Assembly: GCA_036172245.1 (NCBI GenBank)
Contig: JAYWIR010000015.1
Coordinates: 2,046,001 to 2,110,000, forward strand
DNA: 64,000 nt
Origin: Raillietiella orientalis
Taxonomy: Eukaryota
Reading direction: 5' to 3'
Both the position numbers and the translations under genes were made by a program. Below the pieces are notes generated by a model. That model did no database searches, was not told the DNA's origin, and saw only the letters and a program-made list of their open reading frames with translations. Below, one piece after another: positions 13,951-26,399 of this stretch (position 1 is its first letter; each line of letters begins with the position of its first letter).

Positions 13951-14679
13951 ACCTCCCCACCCTACCACCATCTACGCCGCGAGACTTCCAGGAGGAACCC
14001 GGTCGCCGCCTCCTCGCGAGGGACGCTGTGATGGCTCGCTCCTCGCCGGAGCGGCGCCCGCTGCGGATCCCCGGCCGGGAAGCAAAAGGATTACCCTCCC
14101 AAAGGGAAGAGGAGGAGGAACAGGCTTGACCTCCGTGAGTCCTCCTCCCACAGCTCCACGGGAGAGGCGATGGGAGGTCGAGCGACCCCTGGCCGTCCCG
14201 CTTGCGTCCCCCTGAGCGTCCGAAGAGGCGGAGCCGCAGGATACACCACAGAAGCGCGCGTAAGTTGAGAGCGAGAGAGCGACCGTCGTCGAGAAGCATC
14301 AAACGCCAGGTGCTTCTGGGACGAAGAGAAAAGGAGGAGGAGGGCAGGATCCGGCCGACCCCTGAAACAAAGGAAAAAAAGGCAAGCAGGAGAGGGGGGG
14401 GGGGAGAGATGACTGCCAAATCCCCGCCTCCCAAAGGCTCGCCAAGTCCGAGCTTCGAACCGGGACGAATTCCTCGCCACTGCTTCGAAAAGCGTACCCT
14501 CTGGCAATGGCAGATTGGAAGGAAAGGGTTGATGTGCAGTGTTTCGAGCACCGGGCGAAAGGTGGCGTGAAGGCGAGCGCGCACGGCGCTGCCTCGCTCC
14601 AGCGTTCTGTCTGACGGTGGCAAGGAAAGGAGCGCGCAGGCCACAGGAGGATCGTCCGAGGGATGCGTGGAGGGGGGCT

Positions 14680-14852
14680 GGTAATGATGATGACCACGGT
14701 AGCGGAGGAGATAGCAGTAGCGATGCTGCTGACGGTGGCGCAATCATGATAGGTGGTGACGAGGAAGGGGGGTAAGAACGAGGATCACCATGACGACGGT
14801 GGTGGTGATGGAAGCAGCAGCGACGACGATGATTCACGGCAGCGGTGGTGGT
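14680..14852. repeat. Low-complexity GAT/GGT/GAC trinucleotide-rich tract
   Basis: Mixed gatgatgac, ggtggtgat and gcagcagcgacgacgat runs seen directly. Confidence 0.7.
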
Positions 14853-16849
14853 GCACCGAGAGTGACAGAGATGCTGTCTGGCTACTCGGCGGGCTCCAAG
14901 GCAACGCGCGCGCCTTCCCTGTCCGCGTCTCTGGCTCTCGACAGGTGGCGCGCGCAGGAGGAGGAGGAGCGAACTCGAAAGGTCGGCTCGGCCGGGTGCG
15001 CTGTCCCTTCCCGCGCGGCGTCGGCAATTCTGGAGCGCAACATCCCTTCCGAGCTCCGGCGGAGCGAGGAGCGGAGCGGTGTCTGAGCGTTCCCGCGCGC
15101 GTGCCGGGTGCGGCGGCGGGCCCTTCGTCGCGGCGCTGTCCCGCTCCGCCGCTCCCGAGGCCGCGGAGGGATGCCGTCGCGGGAGCGGGGGAAAAGGAGG
15201 AGTCGGGGAGGGCGCTCCCTGCAGGCAGATGAAGAGGCCTCTCGGTCCTGCTGCTGCAGGCGGGACGTCCGCAGGAGCAGTCTGCCATCACCACCGCAGC
15301 CGGAAAGGGGGAGGGGGAAGCGGAGGGCGGATGGGAGCCAAGCGAAATCCTTCCGGACGGTTCCGCTGGACGGGCGCAGCAGCAGGAGCGAGGGCGCGCG
15401 AGAGAGACGCAGCATCTGCAGGCGGCCCGCCTCTCCGGCGCGTGCGCGCTCGTGTGCCCCCGCTCATCCGCGACCTCCTGGACTCGAACAATGGAGCGGG
15501 AAAAACAGCTGATGTTTTTTGGGAAGGCCGAGAAAAAAAAAAAAAACCAAATTGCAGGCCGACAAAAAGTGAAGATGACGCGCGCGTGGTCTGTGTAATT
15601 TGGCGGTCCAGGTGCAACCCATTCCCCTCTTTTCCTCTTTGTCAGGGAGCGGTGGTGCAGGATGAGATGCGGGGAGCGCCTGGCGCCAAATGGATTTTTC
15701 CAACAAAAAAAAAAAAAAATTGATCTCCGAGCGACGCGCGGGGGAGCTGCAATTACGCAACGCTTTTAATAAGATGGGACGAAGGGGGAGGAGCAGGACA
15801 GAGGAAACAGAAGGCATCCGGGGGCGCCGAGGCAACCGCGTATCGGCGCGGAAGACGTTGGCTGCAGCGGCAGCGGGATGAACGTTGGGCCCCCTCCCGG
15901 GAATCCGCGCGTGCCACCCGGCTGGTTGTCCGGATGACCCGTTCGAAAGAGGAGAAGGAGGAGGGGGGACAAGCCGGCGCTTCTGGCCGGCCCTGCTTCC
16001 CCCTGAGGTACACGATCAGTGGGGCGCGCCGAATTTTCGGAAGAAACGAGAGGGAACGCGCGAGGAACGCACGCGACCTCCGCACGCGGGCTGGTCGCCG
16101 CCTCCCCCCGCTCGCCGCCGAGCAGCCGCCACGTCTCCTTCAGGTGCGCGCATGCGCGCCTCCCGCGCAAGCCGCCGCTCGGACGTGCCTCGTCGTCACC
16201 CACCGCGCGATTAACGCGGCAGCTCTCTCGAAACGCCCTCCTCGTCTTCACGGTTGACGTCTTGCCGGGACCACGGGAAGGGAAAAAAACACGCGCGCAC
16301 GCGCATCACACACACACACAAAAAGCGAGGGAGGAAGCAGGGAATCCTCCGCAGCATCTGCCCATCACCTGCTCCCACATGAGGAACGGATGCTCCTTAT
16401 CGGAAAAGAGCAGCAGCTTTTGTTTCCAAAGAGACGAGCAGGAGACTGCCGCCCGTGACCAGGCGGCCCCTCCTGGCGTTCGACGGACGGTGGACCGTTT
16501 GGGGTCAACCGCTGCTGCTGCACACCGCGCGTTCCCTCGCAGCGTAGAGATTTGCCCGTTAACAGTCGGAAGCGATGTCGGAAGGATGAAAAGTCGCGCT
16601 GCGTTCCTCCTCACCTCCCCCCTTCCGCCCTCCAACCCTCCTTCGCGTGACCTCCCCACTTGCCCACTGAGATCGAAAGTAGGCCAGCTCTTGACCAAAA
16701 TTCACAGGCCAACTTCTTGAAGACGAAACCTTAGCCTGCGCGCTGCAGCGGACTGGCGAGGAAGGCATCGCTGATGCCCTGAGGGCGCCCCTCTCGCTCG
16801 AGCGCTGGGTGGGAATCTTTCCCGTGCCCTTCCAAAGAACGAACGGCCC

Positions 16850-17450
16850 AGGAAAGGAAGGGATGAGGGTCGATACTCTCCGGCCCTTTGCGGACCCTCT
16901 CCCCCGTTCATGGGAGCTGAGGAGGAGACGCGGCAGTTGAGCAATCTGACCCCATGCTACTCCCAAAGATGCATCCCTGAGGATCGCGGTGCAGCGAGCA
17001 GCCCCTTGAGGGGGATTACTGCCTCTACTGCCCTGGTCCTCATCGTGCCGAAGAGCAGGCGCACTGACGCACACCTACACCCTCATCCCCATGCCAAAAG
17101 TTGGACCCGACCTCCACCTTAGGCGGCCAAAACGCTCGACGTGCGTGGCAACAGGAGATACTGTGGAGCTGGAGCGTGGAAAGAAGACGAGAGGAAGTAG
17201 CCGAGGCGAGCGAGCTGCCGGTCGCTGCTGCTGGCGACAGAGATTCTTGCACGAGAGCGACAGCGGCACTCGAGCTGGCGGCTCGCCGAGCAAACGCCTC
17301 AGGACATCGTCTTGGCGAGTGCCGCCAGCGCGACGTAAGGATGCTCGCATCATCTCGCGAGAGATGCTCCGCGTCTTCCGCGAAGGCAAACCTCTCTGGC
17401 TGGAGATCGGCCGAGGGACCAAGGGCATGGCCGAAGACACGATCTGAAGA
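16850..17450 (+). mobile_element. Decayed LINE RT N-terminal fragment
   Basis: TALVLIVPKSRRTD (++.LIPK.G.D) followed by SWTRP...AKTL (WRPI...K.L). Confidence 0.4.
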
Positions 17451-18299
17451 GGAAAGGATGAGGAAGAGGAGGAAGGGAAGAGGAGGAAGGGAAGAGGGGG
17501 AGGGTCCGCGGCGCTCCGCCTCCCTGCACTCCGACAAGAAGTCCGCTCACAACAGTGGGGGAGGAGTCAGGAAAGAGGGCACTGGAAAGAGAACGCCCTC
17601 GCTCGGCAGCAACTCGCTTGGCCACGAGCCTCTCTCCACCACCCCAGTCGTACGGATCATTCCCGAGCCCGCCCGCCGCCTTCTTCTCTTCAGCCTCCCC
17701 GCCCCTGTTCTTCCTCACCACCGCCGCGTGTCGCGCGCGCGACCGGCGTCGGTTATTTCCGACCGCATCGTCTCGCTCGGCGCGGGTCTAGTGGCGTTCC
17801 CGAAAAGGAAGTCGCGGGAGCTTTCTCGATGCTCCTCCCGCCTTCTCTCTTCTTTCGTTTCGCTTCTTCTCTGGAGCCTCTCGGTTCTCGGGAGGAGGAG
17901 GGGTTCAGATTTATTGCCAGAAGGAAATCGAAACTCGTCTCCTGGATGATGAAGAAGAGACCATGAAAGATAGGTCGCCTCTAATTAATGACGCCATTAG
18001 CATCCGTCATCCGATGTGAGCGACAACAGCACGCCTCTCGGCGGTGGCGCTTAGGCGTCGCCGCCAGCAGCCCCCGCGCCCGTTGGAAAGCGTTCCCACC
18101 CCACGCAAGGAATGTAGGGCTCCGGGGGCAAAGTCGTGCTGGATCTCCCCCTGGTGCCACGAGCACCGGAAGATGGAGGCCCGGTTTCCATGATTGCGTG
18201 CGCGCTCCGGCGGAAAGTTTTCCCGAAAATCTTTTCTTTCGCCTTCTTCCCTTTTTTTTTTTTTTTTTTTCTTATTTTTGAGAAGCAGCTGATCTTTGC

Positions 18300-19880
18300 G
18301 GATTCCGCCTCCCAGTTTTCCTCCCGAAACGGACCCAGGGTTCCCACAACCCAACCATCCAGCATATCGAGCGGTCCTTCCAGCTCGCCCCTTCATTGGC
18401 TGATGACCTCGCGGCTGCTGCGAACTGCCCATGGGTGTTTTCTTGAAAGGGGAAGAAAAAGAAAAATAGAATCGAATTAGAAGAATCGCGGAGACCTCGC
18501 CCATCACAAGACGCAGCTGGTGACTCTGGAAATGACTTCCATGGCGCTCCGCCGAGGATCGCAGGAAAGAGATGGGATGAAGATGGGGACCGTCTGAACC
18601 GTCGAAATGCAGCCTGCAGGATTCGGATCCGCCTTCCCTCCACATTTCGCTAAGCACTGCAGATTACCAAGGCAACGAAGCTGCCGCTGCCGGAACGTCT
18701 CGCTCGAAAGACTCGTTCTCAGCTTCCGGCCCCATCTCCACATCACTGTTCATCGAAGAGCAAAGACAGCTGGGAACCCTCGTGGGATGTCCACTAGTTG
18801 CGCAGCAGCTTCGCCTCCGATGGCGTTTGCTCCAGCGGCGTTCTCGTGGAATAACGCTCCCTCCTTGCACCCGTCCACACCTGGACGTCTTCCAGCACGT
18901 CGAGCAATCACGGACTTCCACGTTCCCTCTGTCTTCTCGACGGAAGGACCATAATTTTTAAGCAAGAAGCGAACCCACAAATACGCTCCCTCCTCCCCTT
19001 AAAGAGACGGAGAGCAAGATCAGTTCCCGTGAATCGAAGAAGACCGATCACCCTGGTTGCCTCAAAAAGAACTCTCATTCGCTTCTGCTATGAAGCATGG
19101 ATTTCCTCGTTGGCAAGGAAGCTGCGTCTTCGAAACGAAAGACATGCACGAGATTTCCGAAGACCGACAGCCTGAGGACCTGTAAACCAGCACTGCACAT
19201 CCCGAACTAGCAGCACCAATCTCCGAGAAGGAAGCTGGTGGGACAGCAACAAGCACGAACCACATCTCAGGACATCAGTCTCGTCCTGTGTCACAAATCT
19301 CCAGCAAGGACAGAGTCCGTCTGACCGCTGCCGCTGGAGAGTCGAATGTGGTTCGAAGGCAGCTTCAAAGCCAGAAATGACTCCTGGAAGCGTTCACTGC
19401 AGAATGACCCAAACGTCAGGTATGGCTCCAAGTGTAGGCCCCCGAGCAATTCCTCCCGCGCCCAGCGGTGTGGTCCGAGCGACCAAATGCCGGTGCGCCG
19501 CCAAGCGCGCCTGCCCTCAGCACCCTGACCTCCCATGTGCTGAGAGCCTTCGAGACAGAAACGAATTTCCCTGCACATGCGTGCCGGGGGTTCCGCTGCA
19601 CATCCAGTCCAAAAGATTCAAGGAGGACGATGCTGGTGCCGCCACGATGCCTGCGGGGGGCCCCTCGACAGAAACGTGACAGCCGACCGACAATCGAAGG
19701 TGACGCAAGTCCAGTGGCGAACAAAGGAATGGAGGTTGGGCACATCCCTTGGGCAGAAACGTTACCACATGAAGGCATCCTTGCTGTGCCTTTCCCGAGA
19801 GCCTACGACGCAGCCACGAGCACGGCAATCCGGAAAGGTCAGTTCAGCGAACACGACTCTGAGTCCCAGAGGGGAGTTCA
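18300..19880 (-). mobile_element. Decayed L1/Tx1-like RT core and thumb
   Basis: In order on minus: SAQGMCPTSIPLF (RQG.PLSP.LF), SVLAGDL (YADD-like), IGAASSGCAV (F...SG), GTWKSVIARRAGRR...GALF (W..++.+..R...W...LS). Confidence 0.55.
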
Positions 19881-19958
19881 GACAAAGCTAATCCGTTGAA
19901 AGCAAAAAAAAAAAAACAGGAAAGCGGGCGTCCTGGAAGGGGCAGCCCAGCCCCAATT

Positions 19959-19994
19959 CCCCCCCCCCCCCAAAACAACAACAACAACAACAAC
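19959..19994. repeat. C13 run followed by an (AAC)7 microsatellite
   Basis: Seen directly. Confidence 0.9.
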
Positions 19995-20299
19995 ATCGCA
20001 GTGGTGCAATGATGAGCGCATGCCATTACTACTGCGGCAAAGTACTCACTCCAAAAACTAGGACACGCACGTAGATGGATAGAAATCTCGAAACTTAAGT
20101 CACGGCAAGAAGCAAGAACCGCTCTTGCTCAAGCTAACTTGCCTGCCCTACCTACTCTGACCTGACCTAACTTCCACTTACTTATCCACCTAACCTAACT
20201 ACTGGAAGGCCGCTTCTCTCCTGCAACGATGCTTATCAGGATGGCGCGTGTTCTTAGACTTGGCCAGTAGGCGGCACAAGATAATCTGTCTGAAACAGG

Positions 20300-21600
20300 A
20301 GGATGTTTTCGCGAGCCCGAAACAACAAGCAAGGTTAACGGGAAACGGGCATAAGTTCTAGAAGGTCACGGCACATGGCTGACACAGGAAAGTAAAGCAG
20401 TCCTGAATGGCAGCCGCGTTCTTGTTCCGGACTGCTTGTTTTCATCGGAACCACCGAGAGCTGAACGAGCTGACCGAGGCCCTCGTGGAGACGGCGTAGG
20501 TATCGTGCCTGAGGCTTGCGCCAAACTGGTCCTGGAAAGAGGGGAGGAATGTGAAACTCGGCAGGAATGACAGGATGCGGTTTCAGGAGTCCGAGGAGGC
20601 CGATTCTCGAGAAGTCCATTTTGTCGCCATGGGATCAGAGAGAAGAGGGCACCTCAATTCAGGTGCCTTCAATCCATCCCAGAGTGGTCTTGACATCCTC
20701 GGGGAATCTGCCCTGAAGCAAACTTGTGAGAACGCAAGTCCGGGAGCGGCCGCCCCCGGTTCAAGAGCAGGCCATGGAGCCACGTGGGTCTTTTCGGAAA
20801 GTCCCCGAGATGGTGGAAGCCTCGTACCAAGCGGAACGGGTAAAGTTGGAGCGGAAGGGTGGACGGATGGCGAGGATGTGCCTTGGGAGCCACACGCATT
20901 TGGTTTCTGCGCGTATCCGCATATGCCACGCCAAATAGGCTGTTGCCCCCAAAGTGGCTCCCACTGTTCACGTGCAGAGGAAATCGCACTTGAGTGCTGC
21001 TCTGTCAGGTCTACGGCCCTCAATGCCCGAGCCCGGCCCTTGGAGCCCGGCACTTCGCTCACGGGTCAACGCAGTTCTGCTACAGTCGGCTCTCGGAAGG
21101 AGCCACGGGACAGCAGCGTACAGCGTACGGTGTTTGGATCGCTCCGGGATCGCACGGCGGTAAGCAGCCGACCCCCAAACTGCTTCCGGATCTGGGACTC
21201 CATCGAGCCGGATGGAGGATAGGGATGTTCAGTCCAGATGACCATCGACCCGAAGATATGTGGAGGCAGGCTGGAGATGAGAGGAAGGGTGGACGCCTTC
21301 GCACTCGGAAAGCTTTTACGATACCCGTCTTCCCCGGGAAGAACTCCGGGAACGCTTGCAGTCCAGAGTCGACGAGGAAGGAAATAACAGAATAGAGCAA
21401 CGACAGCCATCCGCTGAATTTCGTGGAGGAGCGGGAAACGACACTCGACCGAACTGCCCCTGAGGCGATTCGCGTGCTGACTGTGGAAGGCGGGGGGAGG
21501 GAGGAGGCAGAGGTGCTGGAGAACGACAGGAAGACCACATGATCTCGGGACTCTTCACGAGGGAAGATATTTTTTCCTCGTGACACCGAAAGCACCAGCA
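20300..21600 (-). mobile_element. Probable decayed LINE ORF2 C-terminal fragment
   Basis: WEPLWGQQPIW (EPL+.N-like) and PVWRK upstream of a weak zf-RVT-like segment. Confidence 0.3.
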
Positions 21601-22299
21601 CGGATGAGATTTCCTGGAAAACCTTCTTGGATCATCGAAAGTGGTCCAGATGCTGGATTCAGTGCTGCCTGAGAGCTATTTACTATTTGTTGTTATTATT
21701 GAGGAGACAAGACACAGAAGTATCCTATCAAGATGCGATGCGATCCAGTAGTTTGCGGGATAATCGGTAGTTGTAGATGTGGTGGCAGGGGTGCCAAAGC
21801 TCCCAAAACTCTCCATTGCGAACACTCATGCAAGGATGTTCAAGCGACAGAGGGATCAAATCCCAAACAAAGGGATGTACTTCAAAGAACGACGGGTCGG
21901 TCGGGTGCTTTGAGAGACTCCCCACCAGCTGCCATGTTTGAGAAAAAAAAAAAAAAAAAAATTGAAGAAACGCTTTCCCGTTACACCCGAAGGTCACCGC
22001 GGAAATGACTTCTTTCCGTCTCGATTCCAGTCGACGCGTTCCCGCCCAAGCTTCTGGCGCGGAAAATCTTCGAGGACGAGTTGCTAATTCTTCGAGACCA
22101 TCCCGACGATTGAATTCGAATTGAATCCCGTGAGCTCGTCACCTCCGGCCCGCTCCGCTCCCCCTCACGACGAACTGAAGGCGAAGTCTCCCTGCGCAGG
22201 GAAGGATCATGAACGTGATCTTCCTGACAGCAGAACCTCGTCCGGAAAGATGCCCCCCTAACCCCACGCTCCCTCTGCAGCCAACGGATCGCAAAGCGG

Positions 22300-25200
22300 A
22301 GAGACCCCGTGCTGCCTTGGCGCAGTTCCGTGTGCAGTGTTGCCAGTGTTTACAAATTTTCGTTCCAGATGGAACACCCGTTCGATCGCCCTGTCTCCCA
22401 CGATGGCGTTATTCGTGTGGATCTGCAAAGTGATGGACAGTGTGAGAATGCCACTGGGAGAACACACAACTCGGAGATGGCAAACAAGACGCAAGCCGTG
22501 AGTGAACAGTCAAACTGTCTGGCACTTGGGCTGCATGCAGACAGGAAGGACATAATCACCCAAGGCGGGAGTGCGTGAGGAGGAAGTCAGGAGGAACAAA
22601 ACACCAAGCATTTTGATCCTAGGAATTCCGAATTAAAAAAAAGAAAGAAAAAAAACATGATGATGATGAAGAGAAACAGGCGCTCAGCTGGGAAGAAACG
22701 GAATGGCGCTAGATGATTTGTCTACCCTGTTTTACTCCAGGAAATCGGATGATGAGCACGATATGCAAAGGGATACATTGCTGCTTCGATCTGAAGGACT
22801 GCAAGGGATTGAAGCAGCGAGCAAAACTCTGGCAGTTCCGCTTGCTGGTCCAACGAACGCCTGGAGCTGCTTTTTAGTTTCGGATGGGAATGTGTGGGAC
22901 ACCGATCCAGGCTGCTGAGGTAAAAAGGCATGCCCTATTCGGTGCTTCGATGACGTCATTTGCCATCAGGAGGCACACTCGCCAAGCTCGGGAACAACAC
23001 GAAATAACTAACAAATCTAAATAAAAGTGTCTTCCTCCAAAGTGCAACCGTGTCGTCAGCGTCCAAGGCTCACGATGTCTAAAGCACATGTTCCTATTCC
23101 CTCCGACGTTTAACTTTTCGCGAGATGATCCACAGAGATGAAAACGATCAATTCCAGCCTCTCACGCTCCTGTTACCTTCTTTCTATTTTCATGCTAACC
23201 GATGTTTTCGGATGCAAATTCTACGTCTGCATACCAAAGTAGAATTTCGCACCTAAACAACGCTGTAATCTGTCAGTCATTTACCCTTGCTATTTTTGGG
23301 TTTTCAAGAAATGCTGAGATGCTCCTAAATTAAACTGCTCGCCAAGTCTTCCAGAGCAATCGATTCGGACGGGCCCACCTGCTCATTTTCAATGCCTGGT
23401 AATCAATTTATCACGGCAGTCCCGGGACCCAAGTACCACTCCTTAAGTGGCACTTTTGCCGGAACGTTCGTGAGCCATCTCGGGTTTTCGCAAGGCGCAC
23501 GGACCGCATTTCCTCGTCGGAACCATCTCGCGCAGATGGATGAGACTCGGAAGCAGAGCTCTAACAGAAATGCCTTCAAGAATCCGAGCTCGGAAAATCA
23601 GTCACGGGAAACCGAGCTGGCACCTACTGATCGAACGGTACGAACGGAAAGGAGACCCCGAATTCCCGGGTTACTTGCAGTTTGCTCGTACGGGACCACA
23701 ACATTTCCCCATAAACACTCTGCCAAGAAAGACAGAAAATAATAATAATGGAAGTCACAACCTCCATGTGTCCCGTAGCGATGCTCGCAACCGCTCCAGA
23801 ATATTGCGAGATACTTGAGTGCCTCCGGGACGTCGTGAAAACGTTCTGCATTAGTATCTCAGGGACTCACTCAAACAAATCACTAAGATGTGTATTCTCC
23901 AATAAAAAAATATTGGCGATTTGTTCGCATCCTCATCTCCTGGCTCTCGTCTCTGGCGGAGGATGAGGAATTCTGTCTTTTCTGGTAGGACTTGCAAAGT
24001 GACATTATGACAAGAGCAAGTGAGTTTTCAGTTAAGTGAGTAACCCTTGGCTTTAGCAGCTGGTCATCCAAAATAGAGTAATAGTGGCTCTTTGAGAACA
24101 GATCTTCCGATAGAAAGAACTTGTTAGAGTATCAAAATTTAAAAAGAACGGGTGGCACTTCGAACAAGGATGATAACAGGAGCCCGAAATTCTACTGATA
24201 CCATTCCTCTCTGAAAAATTTGAAGCGTGCAAAGAGTCTTCAAAGGATGATCCCAGCTGATCACGCCCTCGAGGGTGTCCTACGCCTCTACGATCCCACC
24301 CGGATGAAAATCGAGTGTCCTGTGCTTCCTCCTTAGCCAAGGCAGTCTGACGAATTCGTTACTTCGAACTTCCACCAAATACAACGCGGTTTCCCCTGTC
24401 TGCCAACGAATCATGATGCAATGGAAGCCTTTCTTCTGGATTTGGACCTGATCGCATGCAGCCTCGACGTAGTGGTTCGGTGCTCTTGTCGCTGTAGAGC
24501 GTGAAGCGGAGATTTTCCGATGCGCTTCTTGCAGGATAGCTCCCCATTGTCCCTATTCTTCGAAGGTTCCTGAATCCCTTCCCAGTGAAATCATAAAATT
24601 CCATTCTTTTGATGGATTAGTGTGTAGTTTCTTGGAATTCCTTCGCGCTTGCGTGAGCACTGATCCAAGATTCGGTCCACAGAATCGAAGCTAAAGCGAC
24701 CGAATCATCTGCTCTCGCGACTAGCCACACGTTGGCAATTACAGCCATGAGAGGAAGAGGAAGCAGTTCTAAGACAGAGGAGCGAGCAGTCTTTCCACTC
24801 CTTCCCATTCAGTTGCCATGCCTATTTTTCACCAAGGCATGATCTCATTGGCCTAGAAGTCCCTTATGTAAGTCCGTGCTATCGTTAGCATGGGATAGGG
24901 ATGCTGATCCAGAAGATAAATTTAGGAAAACACTGTGCATCCTCTGTAAGCTGCTCGCACGGCCTCCACGTGCATAGCCGAAGACGCCATGCATGCGTGG
25001 AACTTCTGCTCGAGCAGAGACCGCAGCATCACTTTCAAGTGCAAGAGCACTCTTTCTCGCTGTCATGTCGATCCCAATGTCCCAACACATGCCTCCTCAC
25101 TTCCTTATTGAGTGGCAGGCGCAGCAACTCCTCCTCCCCTGTGATCGTTATTCCTTCTTAGACGTTATTACTTTTCTCTTCCAGACTCCCGACGTTGTGC

Positions 25201-25550
25201 TGTTTGCACTCCATTATTCAGTACACGAAGAGAGACATCCTCTGTACGTGTTGTGCTCTCTCCGGGCTTGGAGTACCACTCCAGCGATGTCACACTGAAC
25301 AGTTGTGCTCTGATGTTTACATCTCTCGCACAAAAGATTACACTGTTGCATCTTGAAACGCCAACCGACCGTGCAGATTTTTTCTTCAGGGAGACGACTA
25401 GCTCGAAAGGTTGCAGTTGTTTTCCGGGATGAGGTTGGAACTCGTTCGCTCTTCCAGAATGGGTTCCGAAGACCGGCAAAGTGCAAGACCGAATCGCATT
25501 CAGACTTGTGAGCCTCACATCCATGCGATCCCTCACTCGTCTTTTTATTT
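22300..25550 (-). mobile_element. Long, very decayed LINE RT region (possibly several pieces)
   Basis: HSVFLNLSSGSASLSH...LHKGLL resembles +FLD..KAFD.+SH..L...L. LPLPLMAVIANVW resembles the PL.P.LF region. AIERVFHLERKFV resembles I++...F+W. Confidence 0.35.
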
Positions 25551-25599
25551 ATTTATTTAGAGAAGGAACGAGAAGGGCCACGAACTCATCTTGAAAGTG

Positions 25600-26100
25600 A
25601 AATCATCTCGAAGATGAGAGAGCTGCTGAACCGTGCATTCTGTGAGTTGGGCTCTGGGCTACCGAAAACGCGTTGGGACCAACCAGATGCCACCACCAGA
25701 ACGGCACCGCCAGCCGCCCATAGGGCAGGAGGGCGTGATTCCTCGAGAAGAGAGAAGCTAGAGAGGTCAGTTCGGCGCTTTCCTTCTTGGGCACCCTTGG
25801 AGGACACGGAAGGTAGGCCAGAGCCGACATTTTTCGCTTTTTCGGTTCGATGCGGCACGCCTCCGACGCGGTGGGGCAGACGGTCCAACTCACCAGGGAG
25901 AGCAGCGACGGCGTGTACAGCGGTGGTTGGAAAGCATTCCTTGAAAAGAGCTGAACTTTTCGGAAGTTGCCACGTGATCCAAAGCGAAGAAGGATGGGGC
26001 GTTTTTCAAACAGCACGCCCAACAGCTACAGGTGCGGAGGCCATACTCAGATCCCCCCCTTCCCCTTCCCCGTCGCTCGCGCTTCCGAATCCGAAGTGAA
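25600..26100 (-). mobile_element. Decayed L1-like ORF2 post-RT fragment
   Basis: CPPRVPKKESAELTSLASLFSRNHALL matches C.PK..GG+G+..L...N.ALL. Confidence 0.55.
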
Positions 26101-26399
26101 GACAAGATGAACTTCGTGCTCCTCTTATTTCACGTTCCATGCATGCTCGCACACGTGATTTATGAAGTCGGGGAGGGAGAAGTTGGGCGCTGCCATGCAC
26201 AAGACATGCTGGTACCTTTCTCTTGTTGCAGAAGTTTCCAGCTGATTCTCATGGCAAACCTTCTAGGAGTTCCTAGCAGATCTCGGAATTCTTCTCGCGA
26301 GCTGACTCCCCTGCGTCTCACACCGAACGAATTCACGGAACCATCGAGTCAAGTTCCCAGCAACAACAACAACAGGAGAAGAAAAAAAAACGCGGAAAA

